Shown here in pieces: positions 1-11,947 of a stretch of 64,000 bases of DNA. The position numbers and the translations under genes were made by a program. This DNA is from Candidatus Anaerobiospirillum pullicola (GTDB lineage: Bacteria; Pseudomonadota; Gammaproteobacteria; Enterobacterales; Succinivibrionaceae). The notes below the pieces were generated by a model. The model did no database searches. It saw only the letters and a list, made by a program, of their open reading frames with translations, and was not told the DNA's origin. The stretch spans positions 55-64,054 of the forward strand of contig JAHLFE010000017.1 in assembly GCA_018884035.1 (NCBI GenBank). Reading direction: 5' to 3'. Position 1 is the first letter of the stretch, and each line of letters begins with the position of its first letter.

Positions 1-522
1 GCCACCAAAGTAACTTTAGGACACCTTAGAGCAGACGGTATTCACAGCCTGCGTGTTGCCAGGATCCGTTCAGCTCCGGTGCTTTTAGCAGTGCCCTGCA
101 TACGCCCCAGTGTTTAAGCTCCATAGCCACTGAATTTCTTTGTCACAACCGCTGTTCTTTTCCCCAAAGAGAGATTATGATGCACGCCATGCCTCATCGC
201 GTTTTCTTGCTGTAGAGCCACTGCTCTGACGCGATCGAGTGCTGCGGCGGGGCAAGACATTTATCAAGTGGCAGCTGCATGTGGCAGAACGATGTCTTGC
301 GGGTGCTTGCAGTAGGGGAACTGGCCACGGGGGCCTGTAAGCCTGCTGAGAAGTGGTTTTGGTGCTGCTTGTCTTGTAGCGTGCGCAAAATGGACTACAC
401 AGAAAGGGATTAGCACGCGTCAAGAGGGCAAGCAGTTGGTGAAACCTTGCGAAATGCTACGGCGCGAGGGAGTCTTGTTGCGTGGTCGTGAGTAACCACG
501 TCTCAGTCTCTTGAGGTGCTCT

Positions 523-1668
523 ATGGCTCAAGCCAAGTATTACGTCTTGCTGTTACTGGTGTGCTTAATCTGGGGTGCAACACCAGCCAGTGGTAAATTC
601 ACTGTCGAAGCCTTTTCTCCTTTGATGATCACCGGCATGCGCTTTGGCATCATGGCCAGCGTGCTGTTCCTCTGGTTATTTCTCACCCGTGACAAAAAGA
701 GCTTCCGTCCGAGCAAGGATGTGCTCATTACGCTCTTTGCTATGGGCTTTATGGGCATTTTGGTGCACAACGGCCTGCTCTTTACTGGCCTTAACTACAC
801 TACCGCCACCAATACGGCGTTAATTGAGAGTATCGGCCCTACGGCTACCACCTTACTGGCCTTTGCTTTCTTAGGCGAACGCTTAAATCGCTTTGGCTGG
901 ATCGGTATTGCCATCTCCTGCGTAGGCGCCCTCACCATTGTTACCAAGGGCTCGATCTCCGTGCTCTTAAACCTCTCGTTTAACATCGGTGACATCCTGA
1001 TCTTGGTCTGTGAGGTAGCGTGGTCAGCTTACGTCGTGATCTCATGGCGTATTCATGGCCGCTTAGGTACCATTGCCGTGACCGCGTGGTCAGGTCTTTT
1101 TGGCTCTATCCTTTGCTTTAGCGTTGGTGCAGCGACCAACTCTTTGCACATTTATGAGGTTACCAACAGAGCTCTAATGGGCTTTGCTTATCTGGTGGTC
1201 TTCTCTGGCCTCTTTGCTTTTGTGGCATGGAATTATGCCGTGCAGCAGGTTGGTGCTTCTAAAGCAGGTGTCTTTGTCTATTTGGTGCCATTAACCGGTG
1301 GCATCGTCGGTGTGCTGGTCTTAGGTGAGCCGCTGCATTACTCACAGCTTGTGGGTGCTGCTCTGATCTTATCGGGCGTGGTCTTAACCGTGCGTTCTAA
1401 GGTACAAATCCGTGAGCAGAAACATGAGGAAATGGGCACGCAGCCAGAGGAAAAAGATCTGCTCAAGAAGTTCCCAGAGCTGGCTGCACGGCACAATGCT
1501 AAGTTAGCTCATCGTGGTGTGAGCTTGCCTGAGGACTCCCAGATCGATATCTCTAAGGTGCAGCTGACGGCAAAGGAGATTGCTGCGCTCAAAGAGGAGC
1601 ATCAGATGGCCGCGCCTGCGCCACAGCAGACAGCACAGTCACAGGCGCAGCCAAAAGCACAGGCTTAA
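523..1668 (+). CDS. DMT/EamA-family permease with a hydrophilic C-terminal tail
   Basis: About 10 hydrophobic segments in two EamA repeats (LIWG..., LFTGLNYTTATNTALI, LVPLTGGIVGVLVLGE). ATG 523 follows GAGGT; the ORF track starts at 511. Confidence 0.85.
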   Translation: MAQAKYYVLLLLVCLIWGATPASGKFTVEAFSPLMITGMRFGIMASVLFLWLFLTRDKKSFRPSKDVLITLFAMGFMGILVHNGLLFTGLNYTTATNTALIESIGPTATTLLAFAFLGERLNRFGWIGIAISCVGALTIVTKGSISVLLNLSFNIGDILILVCEVAWSAYVVISWRIHGRLGTIAVTAWSGLFGSILCFSVGAATNSLHIYEVTNRALMGFAYLVVFSGLFAFVAWNYAVQQVGASKAGVFVYLVPLTGGIVGVLVLGEPLHYSQLVGAALILSGVVLTVRSKVQIREQKHEEMGTQPEEKDLLKKFPELAARHNAKLAHRGVSLPEDSQIDISKVQLTAKEIAALKEEHQMAAPAPQQTAQSQAQPKAQA

Positions 1669-1964
1669 GCACAGGCTTAACTGTGGTGGCAGGCAAGACC
1701 GCATCAGTACTGCATCAGTCCTGCTGCTGTGCTGCGATGATGCAGGGCACGTAGACGAGGTAACGTGAGGCTGCTAACTTTTTAAGTGCGGCGCAAAGTG
1801 GCGGTGGTGGCGGTGGCGGTGGTGGAATGGTGGCGCCTCTTTAGCTTACAGCTCTTGAGGTGTGGTGTGGGGATGTAACGCTTAGTGTCATTGCCACTTG
1901 CACCACTTAAAAAGGCCATAAAGACGCCATTTTGCCACAAGAAAAAAATTTTTTGCCTCTCGCC

Positions 1965-1992
1965 CTTGAAATCGTTTTACCCCACCCCCATA
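1965..1992 (+). promoter_or_regulatory. sigma32 (RpoH) heat-shock promoter of groESL
   Basis: CTTGAA (1965-1970), 15-nt spacer, CCCCAT (1986-1991), matching the RpoH consensus upstream of groES. Confidence 0.8.
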
Positions 1993-2290
1993 TTGTCTAA
2001 TGTTCGATACGAGCTTTTGCCAAGCATGCTTTGCAGCATGCGTGTGCACACCTCTGGAGTCTACTTCAGAGGAAGCTTTAGCGTGCACCTTTTGGCAAAG
2101 TTTAGTGCCGCAGTAGCCCAGCGCGCGGTTGGGTTGGCTTGCTTTAGCGTGGGGGCGGGGGCCCTTAAAGAACCTAAGCTCGGCGAGTAAGGATCCTGAA
2201 GCAAGCTGACTGCTGTACTCTGTTTTGTGTCTTACTTCCTGCGCTAGCCTCCTAGCTTAGGCAAGTAAGCTGTTTTGTCGCATTGTTATC

Positions 2291-2581
2291 ATGAAGTTAA
2301 TTCCTTTATACGATCGCGTGATCGTTAAGCCTTTCGAGGTTGAGACCAAATCTGCTGGCGGTATTTTATTAGGTTCTGCTGCTCAGAAGTCGACTCGCGG
2401 TAAGGTTCTGGCCGTGGGTAATGGCCGTATCTTAGACAATGGCCAAACCGCTCCATTAAGCGTTAAGGTCGGTGACACCGTCGTCTACAACGAAGGCTAT
2501 GGCACCAAGAAGGAGCGCTTAGACGGCGAAGAGGTGTTCATCCTCTCCGAGAGCGACATTCTGGCTGTCGTCGAAGAGTAA
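2291..2581 (+). CDS. groES: co-chaperonin GroES
   Basis: [13 protein letters not shown]...SAGGILL...VLAVGNG...[12 protein letters not shown]; directly upstream of groEL. Confidence 0.98.
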   Translation: MKLIPLYDRVIVKPFEVETKSAGGILLGSAAQKSTRGKVLAVGNGRILDNGQTAPLSVKVGDTVVYNEGYGTKKERLDGEEVFILSESDILAVVEE

Positions 2582-2611
2582 GATTTGGGTTTAGGCTAAG
2601 GGATTTAATAA

Positions 2612-4264
<1,653 letters not shown>

Positions 4265-4328
4265 TAGCCCCTGTGGTACCTCTTACTGCTAGCGCCTCAG
4301 CAGGCGTAAGGTAGTAAATACCCTGAAG

Positions 4329-4364
4329 AAAGGCTCAGGACTACAATAGTTCTGGGCCTTTTTT
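4329..4364 (+). terminator. intrinsic terminator of groESL
   Basis: AGGCTCAGGACTA-CAA-TAGTTCTGGGCCT hairpin followed by a T run. Confidence 0.75.
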
Positions 4365-4517
4365 CGTTTGGAGTGGAGGAACGCAAAGCGTCTGACAGCA
4401 GCGTTATCGGGGAGCGAAGTCACCACCACCACCACCACCACCTTCTCTGTCGCCACCGCCACTCAGGGTAAATGAGGATAAAGACGAGCGCTTATTGATG
4501 ACTGCATGTATCTCTGG

Positions 4518-4665
4518 GAAACGACTGACTTAAGAGATGCCGGGCTTTATGGTAATCATGGTGCACCGTCCTCAGTAGGATTAGACTCACCTGCTTCATT
4601 CATCTCGAGGCGTGTATTTGTCATCACGCATCCCATCTTCTGTCATTTAACAGCTGGCCGCACTC
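4518..4665 (+). repeat. dispersed ~160-bp intergenic element, family A, copy 1 (diverged)
   Basis: Shares GGTAATCATGGTGC...GGATTAGACTCACCTGC...CATTCATCTC with 43300-43463 and the reverse complement of 35518-35686. Confidence 0.75.
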
Positions 4666-4868
4666 AAAGCTGTGCCCCACAGCCTCAGTGCTTCACTTCT
4701 TGGCCTTTTTTCTTTGCCCAAGGCAATTCTTATTGGCAAAGTGCCGTCTAATGCACTATCATTAGGGCGGCTTTACAGTTGCGGGCTGGCCTCAAGCCAG
4801 CCCAAGACCACATCCTTAAGTGCTGTAAACCCCCTTCCAGTTTCTCTTTTCTGAGTGGAGTCAGGGCC

Positions 4869-5648
4869 ATGGCGATTATTAGCTGGTATACCCTTATCGG
4901 TTTAATCGCGCAGCTGGCCTTTGCCGCGCGCATGCTGGTACAGTGGATTATGTCCGAGCGTGCCCGTGCTGTGGTGAATCCCGCACTCTTTTGGTGGCTA
5001 TCTCTCTTAGGCTCCCTTACCATGAGCTTCTATGGCTACCTGCGGGAGGATTTGGCCATTCTCTTAGGCCAATTGGTCTCGTTCTACGTTTACGTCTATA
5101 ACCTCAAGCTCAAAGGACAACTGCAAAAGCTCGGTCTTTTGGGGGCACTTGCGATTATTGCGGCGCCTCTTATCATGCTCCTCTTGGAGCTGCGTGACGG
5201 AGCAGCCTTTGCCGCTATTTTCTTAAATGACGAGGCTATCCCTTATGGGTGGCTGGCTTTTGGTATGGCCGGTCAGTTCCTTTTTACGTTTCGCTTTATC
5301 TACCAGCTGGTAGTCTCGCACCGTCAGCAGCAATCACTGCTGCCACCAACCTTTTGGTATATCAGCTTACTGGCGTCCTTAATGGTGCAGGTGTACGGTA
5401 TCTACCGGCTTGATATCGTGCTGATTTTGGGACAGGTGGGCGGCCTCATCACTTACGTGCGCAATATCATGCTGCACCGGCAGAGCCTTAAGACCAAAGC
5501 TGCCACCGCTGCGCCAGCTGTAACTCTTACCACTAATACAGACAGCACCCGCACCAGCGCTACCGCGCCACAGGCTCTGGCCGAGGAGCCGGCCGAGACT
5601 CAGCTGTCGCAGATGGAGTCAGATAAACCTGAGGGGCGGCAGCTGTAG
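4869..5648 (+). CDS. lipid-A-disaccharide synthase N-terminal (LAB_N) domain membrane protein, two repeats
   Basis: Duplicated motif G..AQL.F.ARMLVQW..SER...P..FW..SL.GS / G.AGQFLF..RF.YQ...S....P..FW..SL..S. ATG 4869 follows GGAG. Confidence 0.8.
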   Translation: MAIISWYTLIGLIAQLAFAARMLVQWIMSERARAVVNPALFWWLSLLGSLTMSFYGYLREDLAILLGQLVSFYVYVYNLKLKGQLQKLGLLGALAIIAAPLIMLLLELRDGAAFAAIFLNDEAIPYGWLAFGMAGQFLFTFRFIYQLVVSHRQQQSLLPPTFWYISLLASLMVQVYGIYRLDIVLILGQVGGLITYVRNIMLHRQSLKTKAATAAPAVTLTTNTDSTRTSATAPQALAEEPAETQLSQMESDKPEGRQL

Positions 5649-6272
5649 CTCTGTGGTGGGCTTGTGCCTTGGCTTGAGGAGATGACCTCAATGCGCTGCG
5701 GTTAGCTCTTCCCTGCTTATGCTTGTTGTGGCTACTCAGCCGCTTATTTGCGGCTATTCTGAACCAGCTTTTACCACTCCTCCTCCTCCTCCTACTACTA
5801 CTACTACTCCTAACGTTTCTGCCACTCCTACCACTACCAACAAAGCGACCTCACTCCCGTGACTATGTAGGCATCAGCAATAGCCACGCACGGCGTTATG
5901 ATCTTAAATGCGCATGAGCAAATACCTATGCGCAGCGGGTAGGCGGTGCTTTTGGGCTGACTCACGTTACTCTTCTCACTGGCGCCATTAGATCACCCCA
6001 TCCCTCCATACACGCGAGCTTAAGCCCACCATGGCTTGAGGATACTCTTGGTGTACGTCGATGCCCCATGATGATTAGTGCTGTAAGTTAAGCTCAGGAG
6101 CCTACAAGCAGGTGTTGGCATCTGAATCACCCTGAGGGATAAGGCTATGATGCTTTGAGTTGCGCTGTTCACTCTTAGGGGCGCGGGTATGTCACCACTC
6201 TCATCGTAACCGTTGTTCGTCTGCGGCCATGCTGCCCCATGAGACCGATCTGTCTGTGTACTTGAGCTTGTT

Positions 6273-9056
6273 ATGAGATCGAATCAGATATACCTGCTCG
6301 TTTTTCTCGTGGTTCTGGGCGCCTTTGTGCCAGCTATCCTGCTGCGCGACTTTAACCTCTTAAACGAGCTCAACTACTTAGGCATCGCCCAAGACGCCTT
6401 AGAGCGAGGCGCCTACTTCACTTTCTACCACAATGGTGCTCCTTACGCCGATAAGCCGCCTCTTTACCTGTGGTTGTGCATGATCGGCCTTAAGCTCTTT
6501 GGCAGTAAAGCTATGGCATGGCTGCTTTTGTGTTCCGTGCTCTCATGGCTTTTTACCATGGTGCTCATGGATCACACCTTTGGCTCCGTCTTCCGCCATC
6601 AAGAGCGCTTGCTGCTTATCTTAGGCATGAGCTCATTGCTCTTTGTCGACGTCTGTGCCCTCGTCGGCCGTATGGACATGCTCTTTACGGCAGCCATGCT
6701 CTGGGCTTATTGCAAAATCATTAAGCGCTATAGCCTCATCCGCACTCAAGACAAGATCACCGGCCGCTGTAAAGCCACTAGCGCCACTACCACCACCACC
6801 ACCTCCTCCACTACCTCCACTACCAGCGCCAGCAGCAGCTCCAGCATCAGTACCACTACCACTACAAATATCAGCTCCACCGCTTACGCCGTTAAATACG
6901 GAAATTTCTCCATTCCGCTGTGCCTGTTCTTAGGCATCTTTATCAAGGGCCCTTACGCGTTGCTCATGCCCCTTGTGGCGCTCATAATGGTGCTGGCCTA
7001 TAACCATGACCTGAAGCGCTTTTTTCGGGTGTTTCGCCCGTACTACTTTTTGTTTATCCTACTGTGCTGTGCGCTGTGGGCAGGAGCGGTCTATGTAGAG
7101 GGCGGACGGGCTTATCTCGAAAACCTCTTTATTACCCAGAGTGCGGCGCGCTTAGCGGGTAATTTGGGCCACCCTGAGCCCTTTTATTATTACCTAAGCT
7201 ACTACCCTGTGCTGACACTGCCTCTGGGCTTAAGTACACTGTTCTTTATCGGCTATCAGCTTACTGTGGCATGGCACTTACGCCACCCACAGACAAAGAC
7301 AGCAGCAGATGCTAACACTGCTACCGCCGCCAGCGTCAAGACCACCAAGACAGCAGAAGCGCAGCCACAGGTACTGACGCTGGGCTTGCAAGCGACGCTG
7401 TTTTTTGTGCTGGCAGTGTTGGTTGTGGTCTCTATTCCCTCGTCTAAGCTGGAGATGTACTTTTTACCGGCAGTACCACCGCTGTTTTATTACGTGGTGC
7501 TCTCTTATCGGCAGTGGCATGCGCACCGCCGTCAGATAGACCTGAGCTTAGAAAACGACTTTTTACAGGTGCCAGCGTCCTTGTGGTATCACGAGCAAGA
7601 GCAAACGGAGCTTAGTGCTCATGCTCATACTCATACTCATACTCATACTCACGCTCATACTCTTGCTCCCGCCGCTCATACTGCACCAGACGCTGCGACC
7701 ATGTCCCCTGCAGCTACTGCCACAAACACCGTCACGGCATCTGCGGCGGCCATTGCACCAGCAGCCCCAGCTACGTCAGCTGAGAGCGCTGGTGAGAGCT
7801 CCCAGACGCAAACGGTGCAGACTAACCTTGCCTCTCAGAGTAATACCGCTGCTGCTCAGAACAGTGCGACACCACACCGCGTGCAGGCTGTAGGAGCGGG
7901 CTCGTCTTTTCATTTAGCCGCCGACAGCTATAGCTTGCCAGAGGTAACCGCCGCCGATATCGCGGCTATGGACAGCACCCGTCACGCTGAGCAAGAAGCC
8001 GTTACGGCTCAAGGCGCAGTTGCCACGCCCAAATCTGAGGTGCTACAGCGTATCGCCCCGCAGGAGGTTAACAAAGAGACTAAAGAGCATAGCGCTGCTG
8101 CGATTAACCTCAATGATAAGTACGTCGAGGCCCTGCAAGAGGATAACAGCACCGAGCAAGGCTGGCGTGCCTCGAGGCGTAAAGCGAAGCGCACCTCGCG
8201 CTTAGGCTTACACTGGGGCTTAGAGATTGTGGAGAGCGGTAAGCTCTTAGCAGGGCTTAATATGCGTTCTGACCGCGTGCGCTTACCATTGCTGCTCACT
8301 CTCTCACTGCTCTTACCTCTCGTAGCCTATGTGGCGCTTTTAGGGGCGTACTTTGTCTTTTATGGCAAGGTGCCGCAGCTACAAGATCCACTCATGGGCG
8401 TGGCGTTTGGCGTGCTGGCCTTTTTTAGCTTAATGGCGCTTATCTTTTTGTTAAGCCGCCTCTTTCTCTTTGCGGTGGCCTTAACGGGCGTGGCTACTTT
8501 AGGCTTTGTCTTTTGTTTAGGCTTAGCCATGCCTTACCTTAATGCCTACATTGGCATGGAGCAGATGGTGGCACCGGTAAGTAGAGCTATTGATGCAGGC
8601 GCCTCACCGGTGGTGTGCACGTATCGCTACCGTAATGCTTATGCCCTTACTGTGTACGACCGGCGCTTAGTGGTGCGGGACGGTAGGGAACACTTAGAGC
8701 AGTGTGTCCTTGCAAGGGACTCGGTGATGCTCTCGCGTAAGGGGATACGAGACCTACCGGAGTTGGCGCAGCGCTTACGGAGCTTAGGTGCCATCACCGT
8801 AGGTGATAGCCTACTCTTAGTAGCTGCTCGTTCTCATGATTCCTCACTCTCGACTGATGCCAGTTTAGTTGGTAGTAAGGTGCAGCCCGTAGCCACAGCT
8901 CGTAGCGTGACAGCAGCGGCTACAGCGGCCTTAGAGCAAGAGCAGGAGGGCTTAGCGCTATCGTTAGGCAGTGCAGTAAAGAGCGAGGTTGGTGCGGACG
9001 CAAGCGCTGAGACAAACGAACGTGCAAGTGACGCGGCGCGAGCACCACGGCAATAG
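6273..9056 (+). CDS. ArnT/PMT-like (GT39/GT83) polyprenyl-phosphate-sugar transferase with long low-complexity insertions
   Basis: NELNY..IA, PYADKPPLYLW, RMDML, KGP, HPEPFYYY and SSKLEMYFLP motifs of ArnT-like proteins. Confidence 0.8.
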   Translation: MRSNQIYLLVFLVVLGAFVPAILLRDFNLLNELNYLGIAQDALERGAYFTFYHNGAPYADKPPLYLWLCMIGLKLFGSKAMAWLLLCSVLSWLFTMVLMDHTFGSVFRHQERLLLILGMSSLLFVDVCALVGRMDMLFTAAMLWAYCKIIKRYSLIRTQDKITGRCKATSATTTTTTSSTTSTTSASSSSSISTTTTTNISSTAYAVKYGNFSIPLCLFLGIFIKGPYALLMPLVALIMVLAYNHDLKRFFRVFRPYYFLFILLCCALWAGAVYVEGGRAYLENLFITQSAARLAGNLGHPEPFYYYLSYYPVLTLPLGLSTLFFIGYQLTVAWHLRHPQTKTAADANTATAASVKTTKTAEAQPQVLTLGLQATLFFVLAVLVVVSIPSSKLEMYFLPAVPPLFYYVVLSYRQWHAHRRQIDLSLENDFLQVPASLWYHEQEQTELSAHAHTHTHTHTHAHTLAPAAHTAPDAATMSPAATATNTVTASAAAIAPAAPATSAESAGESSQTQTVQTNLASQSNTAAAQNSATPHRVQAVGAGSSFHLAADSYSLPEVTAADIAAMDSTRHAEQEAVTAQGAVATPKSEVLQRIAPQEVNKETKEHSAAAINLNDKYVEALQEDNSTEQGWRASRRKAKRTSRLGLHWGLEIVESGKLLAGLNMRSDRVRLPLLLTLSLLLPLVAYVALLGAYFVFYGKVPQLQDPLMGVAFGVLAFFSLMALIFLLSRLFLFAVALTGVATLGFVFCLGLAMPYLNAYIGMEQMVAPVSRAIDAGASPVVCTYRYRNAYALTVYDRRLVVRDGREHLEQCVLARDSVMLSRKGIRDLPELAQRLRSLGAITVGDSLLLVAARSHDSSLSTDASLVGSKVQPVATARSVTAAATAALEQEQEGLALSLGSAVKSEVGADASAETNERASDAARAPRQ
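7618..7659 (+). repeat. in-frame hexamer microsatellite (CTCATA)n encoding a His-Thr/Ala run
   Basis: ctcatg (ctcata)4 ctcacg ctcata. Confidence 0.85.
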
Positions 9057-9659
9057 TGGCTCCCTGAGAAGTGACCCATAAGGAGGGCATCTTCCCCTGT
9101 CCCTATAGAGCGTGCAGAGTATGGCTACGACAAGTAGGCTGGGTGGGGAGTGGCTACAAGCAGTTCTGCGCTTACGAGGGATGCATTTGTCCTGTTCGTA
9201 GCAGTAGTGATTACCTGTCGTGAAAGCCTGAGCTTAAGCCAAACACAGCCACCTCTTGAGAGTGCTTGAGAGTAACCCCGCTTGCGCCAGACGCAAGTTG
9301 CTTTACGGGAAGTGTTGCTTTATGCTGTGGTGTTGTTCCTTAGGGTAGTTGAGCCCAGAGATGTAAGGGCAAAAGGCTCAGAGCAAAGCTGTTAGCAGCC
9401 CGCAATTTTTCAGTACATTTGTTTTATTGGTTATTGTGTGATGGGTATAAAATATATGCACATGGGGGGGGGGTAGAGCACTTTTAGCACTACAATCCCA
9501 TATTTATCAGCTTTTAACGCAGTTTGCCTCTGCTTTTGTGGTAGATGATGCTGGTACGAATAGCAGTATCGTGATGCCGGTGCGCGCATCAACAGCTGGT
9601 AGAGCAGCGGGCAATGTGCTTGGGCGTGGATTGTGGCTTCAGGTGGATGGAGGTCGTGT

Positions 9660-10562
9660 ATGACCATGTTTCGTCCTCGTCCGTCCCAGCCACAAACTGC
9701 AGCAGCAGAGATACGCTATCCGCAAAGCAATGGGGTGGTCTTTGGCCCCATCTTGCGGCAAAAACTGCTGGCGTATGGCCTGCGTCTCGATCCCGATGTA
9801 CAAATCTCCCGCAACCTCAAGTACAACGGGCCGGTCTCGCTCATGAGAAATACATTGGCGGCCCACCTCTCCATTGATGCCTACTCCTACATTAGCCACG
9901 ATAGCCTTTTTGTTTTAGGTAGCATTGGTCGCTATAGCTGTATTGCGCACTACGTCGAGTGTGGCCTCGGTATCCATGATATCCACTGTGCCACCATGTC
10001 TAATGCGGTGTGCCATTCCACCTCCTTTGCCTTTCATACGGGGCCGATTAACCGCATTACAGCTGTGGAGCGGGAGCGGGGTGAAATTGTCAATAATGCC
10101 ACTATTGGCAATGACGTCTGGATCGGCGCGCATGTGCTGATTTTAGGCGACGTGAAGATTGGCGATGGCGCGGTTATTGGGGCAGGCAGTATCATTACCC
10201 AAGATGTGCCGCCATATGCCATTGTCGCGGGAGCCGGTGGCGGTAAAAATAGCGAGCGTATCATTAAAGGCTATCGCTTTACGGACGAGCAAATTAGCGA
10301 TTTGTTAGAGCTGCAGTGGTGGCAGTATGACGTGCCTCAGTACCTTGCAGCAGGGCACAAGCTACCACTTGACGACATAAAGGGCTTTATCAGCTTTATG
10401 CGCCATGAGGCGCCAGAAGTGCTCCCCAAGATTCCGCTCAATTGGCGGCTTTTGATACCTCAGGATGCCCAAACAGCGCAGCTGGCGCCTATCTCACCTG
10501 ATTACGAGATTGGGCCGTTTATTCCTGACGAGCTCAGATTCAATCCCAACGTTTCTTTCTAA
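9660..10562 (+). CDS. CatB/Vat-like xenobiotic O-acetyltransferase (hexapeptide left-handed beta-helix)
   Basis: TIGNDVWIG...VKIGDGAVIGAGSIITQDVPPYAIVAG...YRF...LLELQWW. ATG 9660 follows GGAGG. Confidence 0.8.
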   Translation: MTMFRPRPSQPQTAAAEIRYPQSNGVVFGPILRQKLLAYGLRLDPDVQISRNLKYNGPVSLMRNTLAAHLSIDAYSYISHDSLFVLGSIGRYSCIAHYVECGLGIHDIHCATMSNAVCHSTSFAFHTGPINRITAVERERGEIVNNATIGNDVWIGAHVLILGDVKIGDGAVIGAGSIITQDVPPYAIVAGAGGGKNSERIIKGYRFTDEQISDLLELQWWQYDVPQYLAAGHKLPLDDIKGFISFMRHEAPEVLPKIPLNWRLLIPQDAQTAQLAPISPDYEIGPFIPDELRFNPNVSF

Positions 10563-10825
10563 AGTCAGCTGTTTTGGTCGGCGCCACAGCGGACACGCGC
10601 TTTCAGGTGCCCTGTGCTGTCGCATGCTACCTTGGAGTAAACCACTACCCTCAGCAGCCACTTGACGTGGTCACAGCCATTACGCGCAAGCTCTCTGTTG
10701 TAATTTCGCTTGACTAGAAGCGTAAACAGGGTAGAAAGCACCATAACAGTTGTGGTGATTGGCAACCAACAAACCAGCCAACCATCTCTAAGTGGTAGTC
10801 GACCACACAGGATGAACTCTTTCTC

Positions 10826-11554
10826 ATGATCATTACCACGCAAATTAGCGCACAATTGCGTAAGCTGGGCTTAGCGCTACCTCCTGGGGCGCAAATAACT
10901 GGTCAAGGCTATTTGGGCTATCACTGCTTCTTAACCCACGAGGCTGCACTCGACAGCTGCAGCATTGGCTCTTACAGCGGGGTACGCACCAAAGACGTCA
11001 GATTCCTCAAACTGGGTAATTATTGCGCCGTAGCTGACGAGCTCAAGTTTGTCGGTGAGCACGATTACCAGCGCATCACCACTTCAATCTGTACCATTGC
11101 CACTGAGGGCAGACACTGGCTGTTTTCTAACTTTCAGGGACAGGCGCCGTACATTAACTTCCGTGCAATCAATATAGGCCATGATGTCTGGATTGGCACT
11201 CGTGTTACCATCAAAGGTGGCTTAAACATTGGGGATGGAGCCGTAATTGGCGCCGGTTCTGTGGTCACCCATGATGTCGAACCTTATACCATTGTCGCAG
11301 GCTGCCCCGCTCGGCCCCTGAAAAGGCGCTTTGCTGACGAGCAACTCATCGCACGTATCCACAAGAGTAAGTGGTTCCTTTATGATTGGGACGGCATTGA
11401 TGTGCAGTGGGGGGATGTGTATAAGACCATTGACATCATGGAGGAGCGCTTAGCAACCAACCCGCCTCAACTTCTCAACCATGGCTTTTCCTACAAGGTC
11501 GATGAAGCGGCAAACTCCATTCAATTGCGCCCTGCGCAGACAGTAGAGAGCTGA
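10826..11554 (+). CDS. CatB/Vat-like O-acetyltransferase, second paralog
   Basis: IGHDVWIG...IGDGAVIGAGSVVTHDVEPYTIVAGCPARPLKRRF...SKWF. Confidence 0.82.
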   Translation: MIITTQISAQLRKLGLALPPGAQITGQGYLGYHCFLTHEAALDSCSIGSYSGVRTKDVRFLKLGNYCAVADELKFVGEHDYQRITTSICTIATEGRHWLFSNFQGQAPYINFRAINIGHDVWIGTRVTIKGGLNIGDGAVIGAGSVVTHDVEPYTIVAGCPARPLKRRFADEQLIARIHKSKWFLYDWDGIDVQWGDVYKTIDIMEERLATNPPQLLNHGFSYKVDEAANSIQLRPAQTVES

Positions 11555-11947
11555 CATTGCTCCCAGCAAAGCAGCGCTGCGTGCACTCTATGTAGCATTG
11601 CTGCTTGCTGCTTTATGGTGGTAATGGTGGGGTGGTGGGCTGTTTTGGGGGCTTCATCACGGCTCACGGCTTGTTTCAGCACAGAGTCTGAGCACCACTA
11701 GTCCCATGGTAGCAAGTGCCCACTGCACCTCTACTCACCACTACTTCTAAATGGCGCATGTTCGCGCGTAAATCCCGTCTTTTCTGAGAAAACGTCGCAA
11801 GATCTCACCGTTTTTAGTGCTAATGATGCAGTTTTTCTCATTTTGCTTTATTAGCGGTCCCGCCTTAGTGCTACAAATAGCAGCCTAAACTATTTGTTAC
11901 TAGCTCCAGCTATTGCTGGCCTCTCTGCGCACAAAGGAAAAACAACC

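Noticed and set aside
4506..4751. Small ORFs over the repeats (also 37153-37365, 43092-43304, 56270-56503)
   Set aside because: The frames are not conserved between repeat copies because of indels, so the elements appear non-coding.
5723..5917. Poly-Leu small membrane protein or leader peptide
   Set aside because: It arises from a CCT/CTA microsatellite and has a TTG start with no clear RBS.
7530..8270. Intein in the ArnT-like protein
   Set aside because: Low-complexity sequence with no splice-junction or LAGLIDADG motifs.
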